A DNA stretch of 56,227 nucleotides, counting the filler, from Platydemus manokwari (lineage: Eukaryota): NCBI GenBank assembly GCA_037951405.1. It is 5 parts of 5 records of this genome, joined end to end, with 100 filler letters (N's around TTAATTAATTAA, not from the genome) between each part and the next. Parts side by side here need not be neighbours in the genome. Positions count along the whole stretch, not along the records: positions 11,129 to 21,405 come from JBBMOY011150104.1; positions 21,506 to 31,415 come from JBBMOY011190210.1; 3 more parts are not named here. The stretch is one strand, 5' to 3'. Both the position numbers and the translations under genes were made by a program. Positions 14,501 to 26,910 of the stretch are shown here, piece by piece; within the stretch, counting starts at the first letter, position 1, and each line of letters starts with the position of its first letter. The notes under the pieces are model-generated. The model saw only the letters and a list, made by a program, of their open reading frames with translations, searched no databases and was not told the DNA's origin.

Positions 14501-17500
14501 CAGGTTAATCCTAACGTTGGCCAACAATGGTTGAATACTTGTGATGTTGAAGATCAAGTTGACAATGAAGATCTTCTTTCAGGAACACCGGAAGTCGTTG
14601 GGTGTGGTAAAGCCGTAGGAGGAGTTGTTAGTTCGTGTGTGGGACATATTGATCCCATTGTGTCGGGAATTATTTCCAATAGTCCAGATCATGATAATTC
14701 TTCCAAACACAGCACAAAAGCCAATAATGTTGGGTGTATTCAATTGCAAAGAATGATTTCGAAATGTTCTTGTATGGTATATTATATCAGTTATGACAGA
14801 GCTGATCCCATTGCGCTACCTCAGAATCTCATTCCCCCTTTGGTAATTACTCTCTTTTTGCCATTTATTATATGCTTGAGTTTTGGTTTATTAAAACAAT
14901 CTTTTATGATTCAAATTTTATTCTTAGCCACTTGAAGAAGACGAAATTTCCCACTCATCCGAAGGAGCCACTACACTGACTCTTCTTCATAGCAATCTTA
15001 ATGTCGTCACGAATTCAGTTCGTCTGTTACTGTTTAATTTCATATCATATATGTATATAATTACAGCTACAATACCATATGATAGTAGACATTATTAACG
15101 ATCTTATTCTTTATGTCGAACCGAGAAGAAAAGTAAAAAATATTATTTCTACGTATTCGTATATGTAATAACTTCATAAAAAGGCAAGAGATGATCGTAA
15201 TAAAGTGGAATTTTCTCTTCTCTCTGAAGAGCAATTGAAAATAACGATTTTACGGAATCAGGAATATTTGCGAAATCTTGTTCATTATCAGATGCGATAT
15301 GAACGGGAATTATGGAAAGTCGTTGTGGAGGATCAAGTCAACCGTATCAAGTATTGATTGTTGTTATTGGATGTCAGGTTCAATTTTTGGCAACAGAGCT
15401 TTAGAGAGAATGATAAAACAACTGAAAACGGATATAGAAGAAAAGAATTCCGCACTGACTCAATGTATAGCAATATATCAGCAAATGCGAATTCAGTCCC
15501 AACGTCGTGATTTGCACTTGAAATCCTCGTTTTCTCGACCTAGTATCGCCACCAATCAGCAAGCCTCGGGATCTTCTAACATAAGTAATGTCAATACACC
15601 ACAAGACAATAGTTAGTTTACAGACCTTGGTTTTGGGACGAAATTATTGTTCTATATTAGCCATTAAAGTGTTGAAATCCCAATCAACGTCCAGTGATAG
15701 CATGATCCGATCGACATCGGAGGTTATTCGAAGAAATGAAGTTTGCTTTGAACATGCCACTTGGCGAATGACTGAGAATGATGGACAAATTGGTCTTTGC
15801 GATGTCGAGCTCAGAGGATTTATCTATTCGAAAGTCACTCGAGAAGACGATTCCGGTGCTCACAGTTTCGAATTGAACACCGTTAAAGTTGAAAGCCTCG
15901 TGAATAATTGTTTTTTCAAGGCAAGTTTATTTCAGCATGTCGTTGAAATGTTTATTGAATTGAAAAACTAGGAAGTTCTCATGATGGATGCATCGAGTGA
16001 GATGAATATTGGCGGGCCAGTTCTTAGAATAAATCTGATAGAACGTTATCCGGTTGGTGGAATAAAGGTTAATGAGGCTATGGAAATTTGTATTGCTCCA
16101 TTGGTTCTTCAGGTGAGTTGATAAATAAGATGAGGATTGTAATGAGGATTATTTATATTATAAATCATGTTTTAAAAATATATTTAGCTGTTTATTAGTG
16201 TTGGGAAAAATAATTGAAATGATATTATCTTATAATTATTTGTATAAACAAGTTATTACCACCATTAATATTGTGTCATGATGCTATGTTTGATGTCAGA
16301 TTAGCAAACTTTTCTACATGACAATGATGCCATATTTCTTTCCTGGGAAAGTGGAAGAAATCGATACAGAAAAAGGATCAGATAACATGAGTTTCGTCAA
16401 AAGTGAATCCATGGAATTGAAAAGATGTTTAGAAAATACACCTAGTTGTGAAGGTTAATGAATGTATCATTGTGTTGATATGATTATCTAATCGTGTAAA
16501 GTAGGCGTCTTGATGGGTCAGAATATTGAAATGACGGATCTGGATCAATTTTTAGGTGAAACACCAGTCAATGCAGAAGGTATTGGTTAATAGATGTGAT
16601 TGATGTGAATTTATTTTTACAAAGGGACATCTCTGCCAACGTTTGGATTGAAACTGAGGAAACTTGCTTCGTTTGGTAATTTGAAATCCAGAAAGAAAGA
16701 ACGATTTTTTGTAAGTAGTGATGACAATTTGTCTCCTTGCTCGTCTACAGATCCCACTGGATATATAGCAATGCCATCTATCAGTGACTCGGCAGCTCTT
16801 GATATTGCACGAAGCAGTATGACAACGGAATATTCCAATTTCGAGGACATGAAGTAATTTTATTTTGTTTTCCAAATCAATTTTTTCTTTCCCACCAAGT
16901 GAGAATTTAGAGATATCTCGCCCAAAATATGGAACAAATGCTTCCTCAAATCTGAAGATTGAAGATTTTATCAGTAATCAATATCAGTTTGTTTTCTTGA
17001 GGCAAATAATTCTAATTAATCGTTTAATCCATCAGGCGATCCGATAAAAACAATCGAACACCAGATTTGATTTCCACTGATTATTGCATGACTGATTCCT
17101 CACAGAACAATTCCCAAGACAGGCAGATTAAAAAGCCTATCGCTGATATTCATAAATCATCCATTCACAATACGGAAAAATCCGAATCGTCAATGAATAT
17201 TGCATCGAAAGATCCTCTCCAGTTGATGGCTGTATGAATATGGAATTTACATTTTTCTAATCTAATTTTCGATTTCAGGAACGTGCCAAGCAAAATTATA
17301 TGTTTCTCTATGTTAAAATTCACGGGTTTCCAATTCGACTCAGTTATCGGGTAAATTTCATTCACATTTTCTATATTGTATGGGCTCTGTTTTGACTTAA
17401 ATTGCCTCTTTAAATCTCAATGATTGTGAATAATAATTAATCAATACGATAATAGCACACAATATTGGTTGATTTCATATTTTGTCGCAGTAATATTTTG

Positions 17501-19120
17501 TAATATATGCTTTGAAATGGTTTTGAATTTGTCAGAATAATTTCTATGGGATTGACATCTGCAGTCGTCATGACAGAACTTATTTAAATAAATATCAACT
17601 GGACCCCGCTATATTACAACATTTGAAATTTTGTGTCGGTTATAATCCCATCGATGAACTCGTTAACATATTTCATGATAATTAGAATTCTGCTGTTATA
17701 TTCTATTGAATTCATCAAATCTATACCTTTTGAAGAACAATTTTATTCAGTTTAATTGTGGATATTGCGATGTTTATTTAAAAAACAAAATTTTACACCA
17801 CTGATATTGATTACTAATAAAAGCTGCTTTACCGAACTCTATTAACAGCTTTATTAATCAATCTCATCTAGCTCATGTACCGTCACTATGGTCGAAGTAG
17901 AATGTTATTATTTTTCTGTAATTTTGATACCTTCTCCATTTAATTGCTGAGAAAATGAACTATGTTGAAGTGTCATTTTTCCATTTAAATGACATTAAAT
18001 TCTTCTCTAACAAAAGTAAGAAACAGTTCGATTTGTTTATAGCGCATGAACTATCCAAATAATACTTCATTAGTCAAAAAAACTGTTGAAAATATTATTT
18101 ACTTTTAATAAAATTTTTAATAATCACTTATTTATCTAAAATAACATCACTTGAAATCATAATAAGTTACAATGGTGTTTAGAAATTTTTAATAATAAAA
18201 TTTTTAGATAAAATTATATAATTATTATTATCAAGGTTAAACTCGGTCTTGAGAGTTGCATCATATTTTCAAATAAAAAGTAATAAGTTTCCCATTTTTT
18301 AAAATTTATTTTACATTTTTTCACGTATTCTATTTATATTGTTGCAGTTGAAAAGAGAAATCTAGTTTTAGGCGAAATTATTATATGGATGTATAATCAA
18401 AAATAAGGCAAATGTCTGCAAGATTTTCGTTATAATTCTCGATTATTTCCTAGTTTTTCATATAATATCGTTAAATTCATGGAACTAGCTTGATGTAGTA
18501 ATGGAAAATTGACTAGGATTTACTTTGATACATGTTTTGGGCAAAAACATTAATTTCTTAAAGGTATTTGATGAATAAAGATACATAGGTTACTGAGTAG
18601 ATCTTAAAATAATTGCGTTTCGAATCATATATAGGAATCTTGTTATATTTTAATATTTAAATGACTATATGATTTGCAGGGAGAAAAACAAAAGGCATTT
18701 GCAATAAATAATTTTGCATTGAACATTACACCAATCGAGTACCATAACAGATTGTGGACATGGCTGGATTTGAATATGGAAGTTAAGAAAAGCATTAAGA
18801 AGCAATTAGTTTTAGAAGTTATTTTTTGTTTTATTTTATGTAATAATTATCGCATTGAATATTTTTGCTATGGTAGGTTTTAAAGCAAAAATTTAAAATC
18901 AAAAAGAATCCTTTTTCCTTGGTCAGTAGTTCCGGTTTCAATCAATTGATGAAGGAAGAAGATCGTGAGAAAAAGAAAATGGAAATGTTGTTGGGAGTCC
19001 ATGCATTACCGGTTTTATTTAATATTTGATTGTTTTTAATGATTATTCAATTCTCGTTTGCAGAAAGAAGTCTCAAAAAAACGAACAAATTTAATAAAGC
19101 GAGTTATTTTGAAAAAGTGA
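11525..19120 (+). CDS. BLTP2: Bridge-like lipid transfer protein 2 (KIAA0100/hobbit), C-terminal part, many exons; 5'-partial at contig edge
   Basis: Spliced translation matches the KIAA0100 C-terminal region: RPIRRGRYFN..KKPVLGRHF, DKLTGV..WHLELINSQVML, MQYYAT, GKAVGGVVS, IQLQRMISKCSCMVYYISY, QYHMIVDIINDLILYVEPRRK, ATWRMTENDGQIGLCDVEL, PVGGIKV, YFFPG, ERAKQNYMFLYVKI, EYHNRLWTWLDL. Stop TGA at 19118-19120. Confidence 0.93.
12596..12816 (+). mobile_element. Internally deleted pogo/Tigger(Tc2)-like DNA transposon (MITE-size) in a BLTP2 intron
   Basis: Left TIR TCGTATTTTCTGGACTATAAGGC (12598) vs right TIR reverse complement CCGTATTTTCCAGACTATAAGGC (ends 12814); TA on both sides. Internal GFTKAGILKKDG..DDEEY* resembles a pogo-type transposase tail. 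Confidence 0.8.
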
Positions 19121-19990
19121 TCTTGAAATTATTACGAACGGGCTGATTTTGATTTTTTTTTCTTCAATAAATGCTTTTGTAGAAAATGTTTTATTTAATA
19201 TTGTATTGAATCGATTATATCAATATGGTACAGATAATTGATAATTCACTAGCGAGAGTGGAAGTCAAAGTGGTCATAATTTCAGTATAGAATAGTCGCT
19301 TTTTAATACTTTTAATCTATATGAATTAAAAATGTTTAATTATAGGTGAGACGTAAACCAAAGTCAAGCTATTATACGTTTACAGGAAAGCTTGAATCTA
19401 TTTTTCTGATCAAGAATAATCTCGAGTAATATATTAAAATAGTCGTAAGTCGGTTACTAATCGACAAAATAATAGAAGCTTTTTAAATTTCTCGAAAATA
19501 TTAGATGAATGACAAATTTAATTTCACATTATTACGATACAATTGATATTGGTACAATTCTTAATAAGTGTGTTATTAAAATCGTTTTCATAAAACTAAG
19601 TATAGCATTTAACCAGAATGAAAATTTAAAGTTATAATCAATTTTGTGAGTTGATGTTTTGAGTCAAATTGAAATTGAATATTTACAAGATGGCAGGAAT
19701 TTCAATGATAATGATGGTGCTTTGTGATAGAAATATATGATTAATATAAAATTAAAAATTTCGTTAAGAATTCACGAAAATAGAATTTTAGAAAATAATT
19801 TTTAAGTGTTTTTAAATTTTATTTTAAAATAATAAATCAAATATTGAAAGTTACCAAATCAGTTATATTCATATTAAATATTCATTAAGAAAATTCATAT
19901 TAATTTCCGAAATGTCGGATAGTAATTTAATTAATTGAAATTGATGGGTTTACAAATAAAATGGAATAAAAATTTTAATGTCATCACGAG

Positions 19991-20370
19991 TTAATATTTT
20001 CGGAAACCATTGTAAATAAACTCTGTTATTCGTTTAAATTGTTCTTGCAATATATTTGGAATTAAAATATATGATGAAATTCGATTAGTTTTAGTAAAAA
20101 CAAAGTCATCATCCAATTCATAAAGCGGTGAGGTAGCAGTAAATAAAAATTCTGGCCCTAATGGTTCTATATTCTCAAGAGGATCTATGTATGGAACTGG
20201 TGGTTGCGGAAGAGTTTTGGGAAAGTATTTGGATAGTTTGTTAATTGTTGGAACCAGTATTATAATTCCGGTAATTACTGCACTGGTAATAAAAAGAGGA
20301 TGTCCCAAGTACTTTTTGATTTTTTCCAAATAGGTCTTTTTTTCTAAATCAGAATTATTTTTAAATAACT
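19991..20370 (-). CDS. Orphan ORF/terminal exon with one hydrophobic helix (PLFITSAVITGIIILV) and a Pro-rich segment; function unknown
   Basis: Open frame of >110 codons in ~75% AT DNA with protein-like composition; no in-frame ATG, so it is a spliced exon or a pseudogene. Confidence 0.35.
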
Positions 20371-21405
20371 CACTTTTTACATAACAATTTTACCATTGAA
20401 TACTTCAACTGCTAAACATTCTGATACAGATTTTTCTATTTCTTTTTCAAGTTGTATTTCATCTAAATATGATAAAATATTCTTGTTAAAATGTGACTAT
20501 CAATTTCAATTTAATGTAATGAGTGAAGTTATTATTAAAATATTGTTTGTAAAATTATCAGTTGATATGATTGAGAAATAGATTCTTATTATTATGGAAA
20601 AAAATGGTCACAGTCAGTCATTTCAATAGGTCATTAATTTAATTGAGCTAGTGAATTGCTAATCAATTAAGTGAAATATCATTGAATATTTGTAGAAAGG
20701 AGAACATTTAAATCACTCTAATAACATCCATCAATTAGTTGTCAATTGCTGACGAATATGAGACAATTTTATTTTTAAGAAATTCTATAATTGCCTTTGT
20801 AAAGTTAAGCGATAAGTTTACTCTTTACATAATAATTAAATCCCCAATTAATTTTTCAACTGTTTAATTCTTACTTTTCAATGGAAAATTAATTATGACT
20901 TATCGCCACAACGAAACGACAAAAGAAAATTTTGGTTATTCACAAATAAAACTTTGAATAAATTTAATCTTTTATCTGAAAACTTATGATTATATATTGA
21001 GAAGAAATCTGATAAAACCAAAGCGTAATTACAACGTTTACTGACATAATAATTAAGCAAGTCATATTTATTTCCATCAATCTGAATAAAAACAATTTAA
21101 AAATATTTCATGTAAGTAAAAATTTCAATCATGAATTTTCGTCAGTTGGTTTAAAGATTTTCAACAAATGAAATGAGATCTAATTCCCGTTAAGATTATA
21201 GATTTTAATAATAACTTTTGAATGAATATCAACAAATAAAACTATCAAATTCCGTTTACTTATTATTGTATAATATGAGATAGTGCACTTATAAAGAAAG
21301 TGTTATTAAGGGAGCAAATGGGAAATGAATTTGATAACAAAGTTGTATTTACGAACATAGGTATATATAGGTAACTATATACTGATTGACAGAAAATTAA
21401 TTAAT

Positions 21406-21505
21406 NNNNNNNNNNNNNNNNNNNNNNNNNNNNNNNNNNNNNNNNNNNNTTAATTAATTAANNNNNNNNNNNNNNNNNNNNNNNNNNNNNNNNNNNNNNN
21501 NNNNN
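21406..21505. other. Artificial contig-joining spacer
   Basis: 44N-TTAATTAATTAA-44N. Confidence 0.95.
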
Positions 21506-21579
21506 ATGATTTGCTACAGCACACACACAAGTGTTTACATCTGGTGTCAAATTCCGGTTATTAAGTTATAGACCCAATA
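21506..21579 (-). mobile_element. Terminal fragment of a mariner-like transposon at contig start
   Basis: Reads TA-TTGGGTCTATAACTTAATAACCGGAATTTGACACCAGATG inward; near-identical (1 mismatch) to 31544-31617; TA flank and TTGGGT start are typical of mariner TIRs. Confidence 0.65.
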
Positions 21580-21901
21580 ATATCGAATCTTTCGACACGA
21601 TATGAAACAATTAACAATGCAGTTTATAACTAATTTGCCCACAAATCGGCTTGTACGGGAGTTTCTGCCGGTTCCTGTTGCGTTGTTGCTCTGTCGTGCT
21701 GGCTTCTGGCTGAATGATAGCTGTTTTGACAATTAGTTTTGTAATTAACTTTATGGCAATTAGCTTGTCGAGTAATGTTATGGCGATTTTTTCTAAAATT
21801 TATTTGCTTTATGTACTGTATTTTATCGTACTCTTAGCCAATCATAAATTTCCTACTTCGTTATGACATAATTCTATTTTTAGCTTATTATATATTTGCT
21901 T

Positions 21902-22850
21902 CTAGTTGTTATTTTGAATTTCGTTTTTTTCCACAGGTTTGTGGCGATTTTTTTCGTCATTGGTTAGATCGATTTGCTCTTCTGGTGCAAAGATGGTAAG
22001 GATGTCTTCTTCCGATGTGCTGGAGAGTTGATTTGGCTGTAGTTTCTGAATCGGATAAGGTTTCTGTCTTATTGGCGGGTTTGGTTTCGGTGCTGACGGA
22101 GAGGTGAATGCCTGTTCCTTTACAGGCTCTTTTTCCTGTACACGTTTGTTGGCTTCAATTTTAGATGGGTTGACCCATTTTTCGTCGAGTTCCTTGTATA
22201 TGGCTCGAATGGTTTCTACTTCCCTCTGAATTACTCGGAAGGTTTTCATTAGGTTGGAAGTTGAGTACTACTTTCTGTTTGATGTTTTTCAGTTTGATCG
22301 GGTTTCTTGGGTCTAGATTGTAGTCGACAAGATATTCAGCTTGGACGAGTTCCTTTATGCCAAATATTTCCTCGTGGGGAATGTCGAGAGCTTTTACGAT
22401 ATCATAGACTTGAAGTCCTTCGACTTCTAGCATAATACGATTGACTCTTTTGTCGCACATTAGGATTTCGAGAAAGATTGGTTCGTCGATTCCGGGAATA
22501 AAGATAAGAATAGGTTGAGTTGTGGTGGTTATCCAGGTGCGTGGATATTGATCAGCTTGTGAGCTTCCCGGTAAGGTTTTTGGTAGACGAGCTCTTGTTG
22601 GGGTTCCGATATACGCTGCTACGGAGTCTCGTGGTCCTCGATGAGCGAATTTCTGCTTGTTGGTTAGGAGTGCCTGAGAATGGTACTGTCGATGTCGGCT
22701 GGTCTGGCGACGAACGTCGACCATTGTTTCGTGCTATGCGTTGGTGGTCATCGAATAAACTGTTTGACTCGATATGCTTGGGAGAATGGACTGCGGCCCA
22801 ATACTGACTGGGTATTGCATGATTGAGTAAACTTTTCGATTGTAGTCCAT
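21902..22850 (-). pseudogene. Gypsy ORF4 of unknown function (frameshifted; ORFs 22161-22724 and 21902-22249)
   Basis: Long overlapping open frames co-directional with pol inside the same GC-richer block. Confidence 0.5.
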
Positions 22851-22974
22851 ATCTGAAGAGAATGAATTAATAATCGTAGCTGAATGATACATACAGTATA
22901 CGCAGCTGATTAAATGTAATAATACAATTCAGGTATAAATAGCGATAGTGATTTTAGGTTGACTCAGTAATTGT

Positions 22975-23910
22975 CATAAAGTCGTATTACTGAAGTACCT
23001 TGGGGATGGTAAATAGTTTCTATACACAGGTGGCTTGTGCCGTGTTAGTAAGCATGCTCCTATTGGGAATAGAACGGAGGCTACAAATGCCGTTTCTATT
23101 CCAGCTCTATCTTTACAAAGATGCTCATGATCCGAATAGGCTGTTCGGTGACTTCTTGTCCCATTGCTCTGGTTTCCGGATTCGTAGTTGTGGTTTCATC
23201 ATTTTTCTTAGCCTTTGGTGACGGTTTATAATGTCGATGTTGTCTGGTGATGTTCGGATTCTAGGTACTTCTCTCCAGGAGTTTTTCTAATTGACCTAAT
23301 TCCTCTTTGTAGTGCTTCGTAGTGTGGTGCATTTTCTTTGCGCTGTGATTTCCTAGTTGGATTCGGGCATTGGTTGCCATTTCTCTTGGTCGTCCCTATG
23401 TTCGATAGTTATTATCAGTAGATAGTCTGTACAGCTGTTTCGCTTTATAGTGTATTTCGATAGTCGTTGGTGATTTATCTGAATAGATTCTGTGTTTCCG
23501 CTGGGGCTCTATATACTGATAGAGGCTAGGTCACATGGACATTCGTCCTTTGAAATAGTGATATGAGTTCCGGTAACTTTGTATTGTAAGGTCAGTTTAA
23601 ATGCCCATTATTCAATATAATTGGTTTCTTCTACTTCCAAATAGCTGGTTGCATCATCAAAATGATATTGTCGGATGTTAATCCCGATGGTACCGAATAA
23701 TTTCTGTTGCAAGATGGTGTAACTCTGTTGTGTCCGAATAGAGATATTGAGCTGTTCCGATTTTATCTTGTAATATGGGTTCTATTCGCTTTGCACATGC
23801 ACATTGACGTCGTTGTCATTCCATGAATTCATCCAAAATGGTCACACTAAAGGTGACTGACATGCTCCTCCCTAATTTATTGTTATTAAACTCAGAATAG
23901 CGAGTGTCAT
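22975..23910 (-). pseudogene. Gypsy ORF3 (env position): predicted type I membrane protein with FN3-like ectodomain
   Basis: From ATG 23910 one frame reads MTLAILSLITIN*GGAC (signal-like)...IRTQQSYTILQQKLFGT...KYTIKRNSCTDYLLIITIE with only isolated stops. It continues via frameshifts to a Thr-rich stalk DETTTTNPET and a hydrophobic GIETAFVASVLFPIGACLL followed by RHK (~23100-23040). Confidence 0.55.
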
Positions 23911-26910
23911 TAGCTGTGAGGTACCGATGTCCGCTGCTTGGTGTGACTTTTTCTTCTTGATACCGTTTACATCGGTTTACGTGCACCCACATTAGTTTCG
24001 CGTTGGTATTTTTCGACGCTAGGATTACTACATTAGTATCTGTCACCTTTTCTACAGTAAATGGTCCCTTAAAATAACGGGCTGGTTTTGATGATAGTTC
24101 TTTCTTGCATGCTTTTATGTTCTAACATGACCCGATCTCATACTTTTATTGAGTGCTCTTTTGTTCCCTGGCCATATCTGTCCCTGAACTACTCTTGCTG
24201 ATGCTGGGTATACAATTAAGATCTTGGCCATGCTCGGGTTCCTCTTTCATTTATTACGGTGACGTGATCTTCTTCGTCCATGTACTGTGCCAGTGTTGGT
24301 TCGATTTTCAAGTCCACAGGCATGTTACTCATACGTGCACACATTAAATAAAATGGTGAGTATCCGGTTCCGCTATGCTGTGCATTATTATAGGCAAATC
24401 TGCAGGATGATAGGTGTACATCCCAGTCATTTTGTTTATCGTTGGTATAACATGGTAGCATATTGTCAAAAGTACCGTTTGGTCTCTCGCATTTTCATTG
24501 ATTTGAGGGTGGTATGCGGATGTAATTAGTTTTGTAATTACGAAAAAATGATTCACCTGATTTATGATTTGCCTTAAAAACACAGTACCTCGATCGGTTA
24601 GCAACATTTTGGTACACCGTATCGAAAGATTATTTCTTCGACAAAGATACGAGCGATAGTGTCTGCGGTGTGATTCACGATTGCGAAAACCTCGATCCAT
24701 CGAGTTAGATGGTCGCAAAATACTTGAATGAATTTGTTTCGTTGTTTGGTGGTTGGCAATGGGCCGACAACGTCCATATCGATTATTTCCAATGCACTTT
24801 AAATTTCTTTCCTATGTTTCTTCGAGTCTGGCATACCTTGCAGATTGTACAACATCTGTATATATTATATCATATTAAGCCAATAATATTTTTTGTCGGA
24901 TACGGCTCATGGTTTTCTTGGCGGACAGGTGTCCTCCTATGGTTCCGTCGTGGTATTGTAAAAGTACTATATTCTTTAAAATCTGTGGTAAGACGATGAT
25001 ATATCGGCTTGGATAACCAACGTAGGGTCTACTCTTTTTGCGATTTCTGACCATTGTTCTGTTTTATCTTCTATTATTTTTACAATCTGCATGATGTCGT
25101 CATCCTCTTTTTGCAGTGCTTCTATGTCGTATTGGTTGTTCAATGATTGACTCGCTGTGAGTATAGTTTCGGCAGTGGCTTTGTATTCAGTGGGATCTTC
25201 TCGGAATAGCGCGTCGACATTTCTGTTGGCTTTTCCTTTCCTATAACACAACTTGATTTTGTATGGTTGCAACTTCAATGCCCATCTAACGAGTCTAGAA
25301 GCTGTGTCTCTGTGTTGCAATAACGATTGCAGAGGTTTGTGGTCCGTGAATACGTGTATTTCTTATCCATACGCGAATATTCTGAATCTTTCTACAGCGT
25401 ATACGATAGCAAGGGCTTCCAGTTCGATTTCGTCTGTTTTTAAGCCTCGGCTAAGGTATGCTATGGCGTATTCTTTTCCATTGAGGTCGATCTGCCATAG
25501 GACTGCTCCTATTACATATCCACCTGCACCCGTAATAATGATGAACGATTTACTCATATCTAAGTGTCTCAGGATTGGTTCCTTGAGTAATTGATATTTT
25601 AGCTAGTTGAAGGCTTGCTTCTGTTCCTGTTGCCACTGGAATGATTTATTCTTCTCTAATAACGACGTTAGTGTTAGTAGGGCTATTGTGCGAAGTTCCG
25701 TATGAATTTCCTTTAGTAGTTAACTAGCCTTAGAAGTTTTCGCACCTGTTTCACCGTCTTTGGTGGTGGGAATTTGGCTACTTTTTGGTTATATACTGGA
25801 TCAGGTTTCACCCCTTCATCCTTTCTCCGGACACCACATGTCCAAAGTATTTGACCTCTCGCTCGGTCCATTTACATTTTGTAGTCTTCAACTTGACTTG
25901 TACTTCTATAACCTTTTGTAATACTCTTTCGATGTCTTGAAGGTGTTCCATAAGGCCATTTGAATAAATAGACCATCGCGTGCTATACATTCATTAGCAT
26001 AATGTTCGTTGCTCTTTGAAACATGGCATGAGCTCCTGTGAGTTAGAATGGTATGAAAAGCGGTAAAAGGCGTTGACTCTTCATTCATTACGATATTATT
26101 GTAGCCCCTTTGCATGTCTAAAGTGGAGAACAGGTTTGCTCCCCGTACTTGGTTGACCGTGTCATCGATTGACGGTAGAGGGTAGTTATCTTTCGTTGTT
26201 TACTCGTTTACCTTACGATAATCGATGTACATGCGCATGGTGCCTTCTTTTTTCATGACAAGTACGATTTCTCTGATCCTTCCTTGATCCAACAGTGTCT
26301 GAATCTGTGTAGCTATCTCAGTTTCCATGGCAATAGGCGTTCGATAGGCTCGTTGACAGATAGGATTTGGGTCTATTAGCTCTATCTTATGTTTCATAAT
26401 GTTACATTTAACAGATAGTTTTTATGTCTGCCAAATGCCTCGGGATATCAATTGATTAGTTCAGTCAATTGCTTGCATTGTTCCAGTGCGACGTCTTTAC
26501 TTTGTATTCGCATGGGTTTACATAATTTCTCTTGAGCTGAGTACTAGTTCTGCTTCAAAATCTGGTGTTGGCATATAGTGTGACAGGACTGTTGTTCACA
26601 TTTGCAATTCTGATCGGAATCTTCCCGTCTTATACTATGGCGATTCCGTTTCCGATGGGTATAAGTCCATTTCTGTCTGTGCTGGCCACATTAACGTAAT
26701 CTACCAGTCCTCGTTGGTTCTGTCGTTTAATTCTTAAATCTTCCTGATTATCGTTCATTATCTGGAATTCATTGATAGGGTAGGTTTTCCGTTTATCGGT
26801 TCCGGTATTTTCTAACGGCTCCTTGTTTTCCTTTACATTTACGTCTTCTTGTCTAGTAGTCAGGTCTTGCTCAATTTGTACTAGATGATAAGGAGGTGCG
26901 CTAACTGTTG
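23816..26910 (-). pseudogene. pol: Gypsy pol pseudogene (RT, RNase H, integrase with GPY/F module)
   Basis: RT: HKIEL..PICQRAYRTP, MRMYIDYRKVN, DNYPLPSIDD, FSTLDMQRGY; YxDD deleted. RNase H: GAVLWQ..IAYLSR..ELEALAIVYAV, RLVRWALKLQ. IN: DVVGPLP, LLTDRGTVF, SAYHPQ, YNNAQHSGTGYSPF, FKGPFTV, VHVNRCKRY. Many stops and frameshifts. Confidence 0.95.

Larger units (their letters stand above)
21580..26910 (-). mobile_element. Decayed Ty3/Gypsy LTR retrotransposon, 5'-truncated (no gag/protease visible), with ~2 kb of extra ORFs 3' of integrase
   Basis: RT-RNaseH-IN order plus 3' accessory ORFs (see sub-features); GC-richer than flanks. LTRs not identified; the 3' end is interrupted by the mariner-like end and spacer. 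Confidence 0.9.

Noticed and set aside
11525-19120. Assignment to BLTP1/KIAA1109
   Set aside because: The motifs are those of the KIAA0100/hobbit C-terminus.
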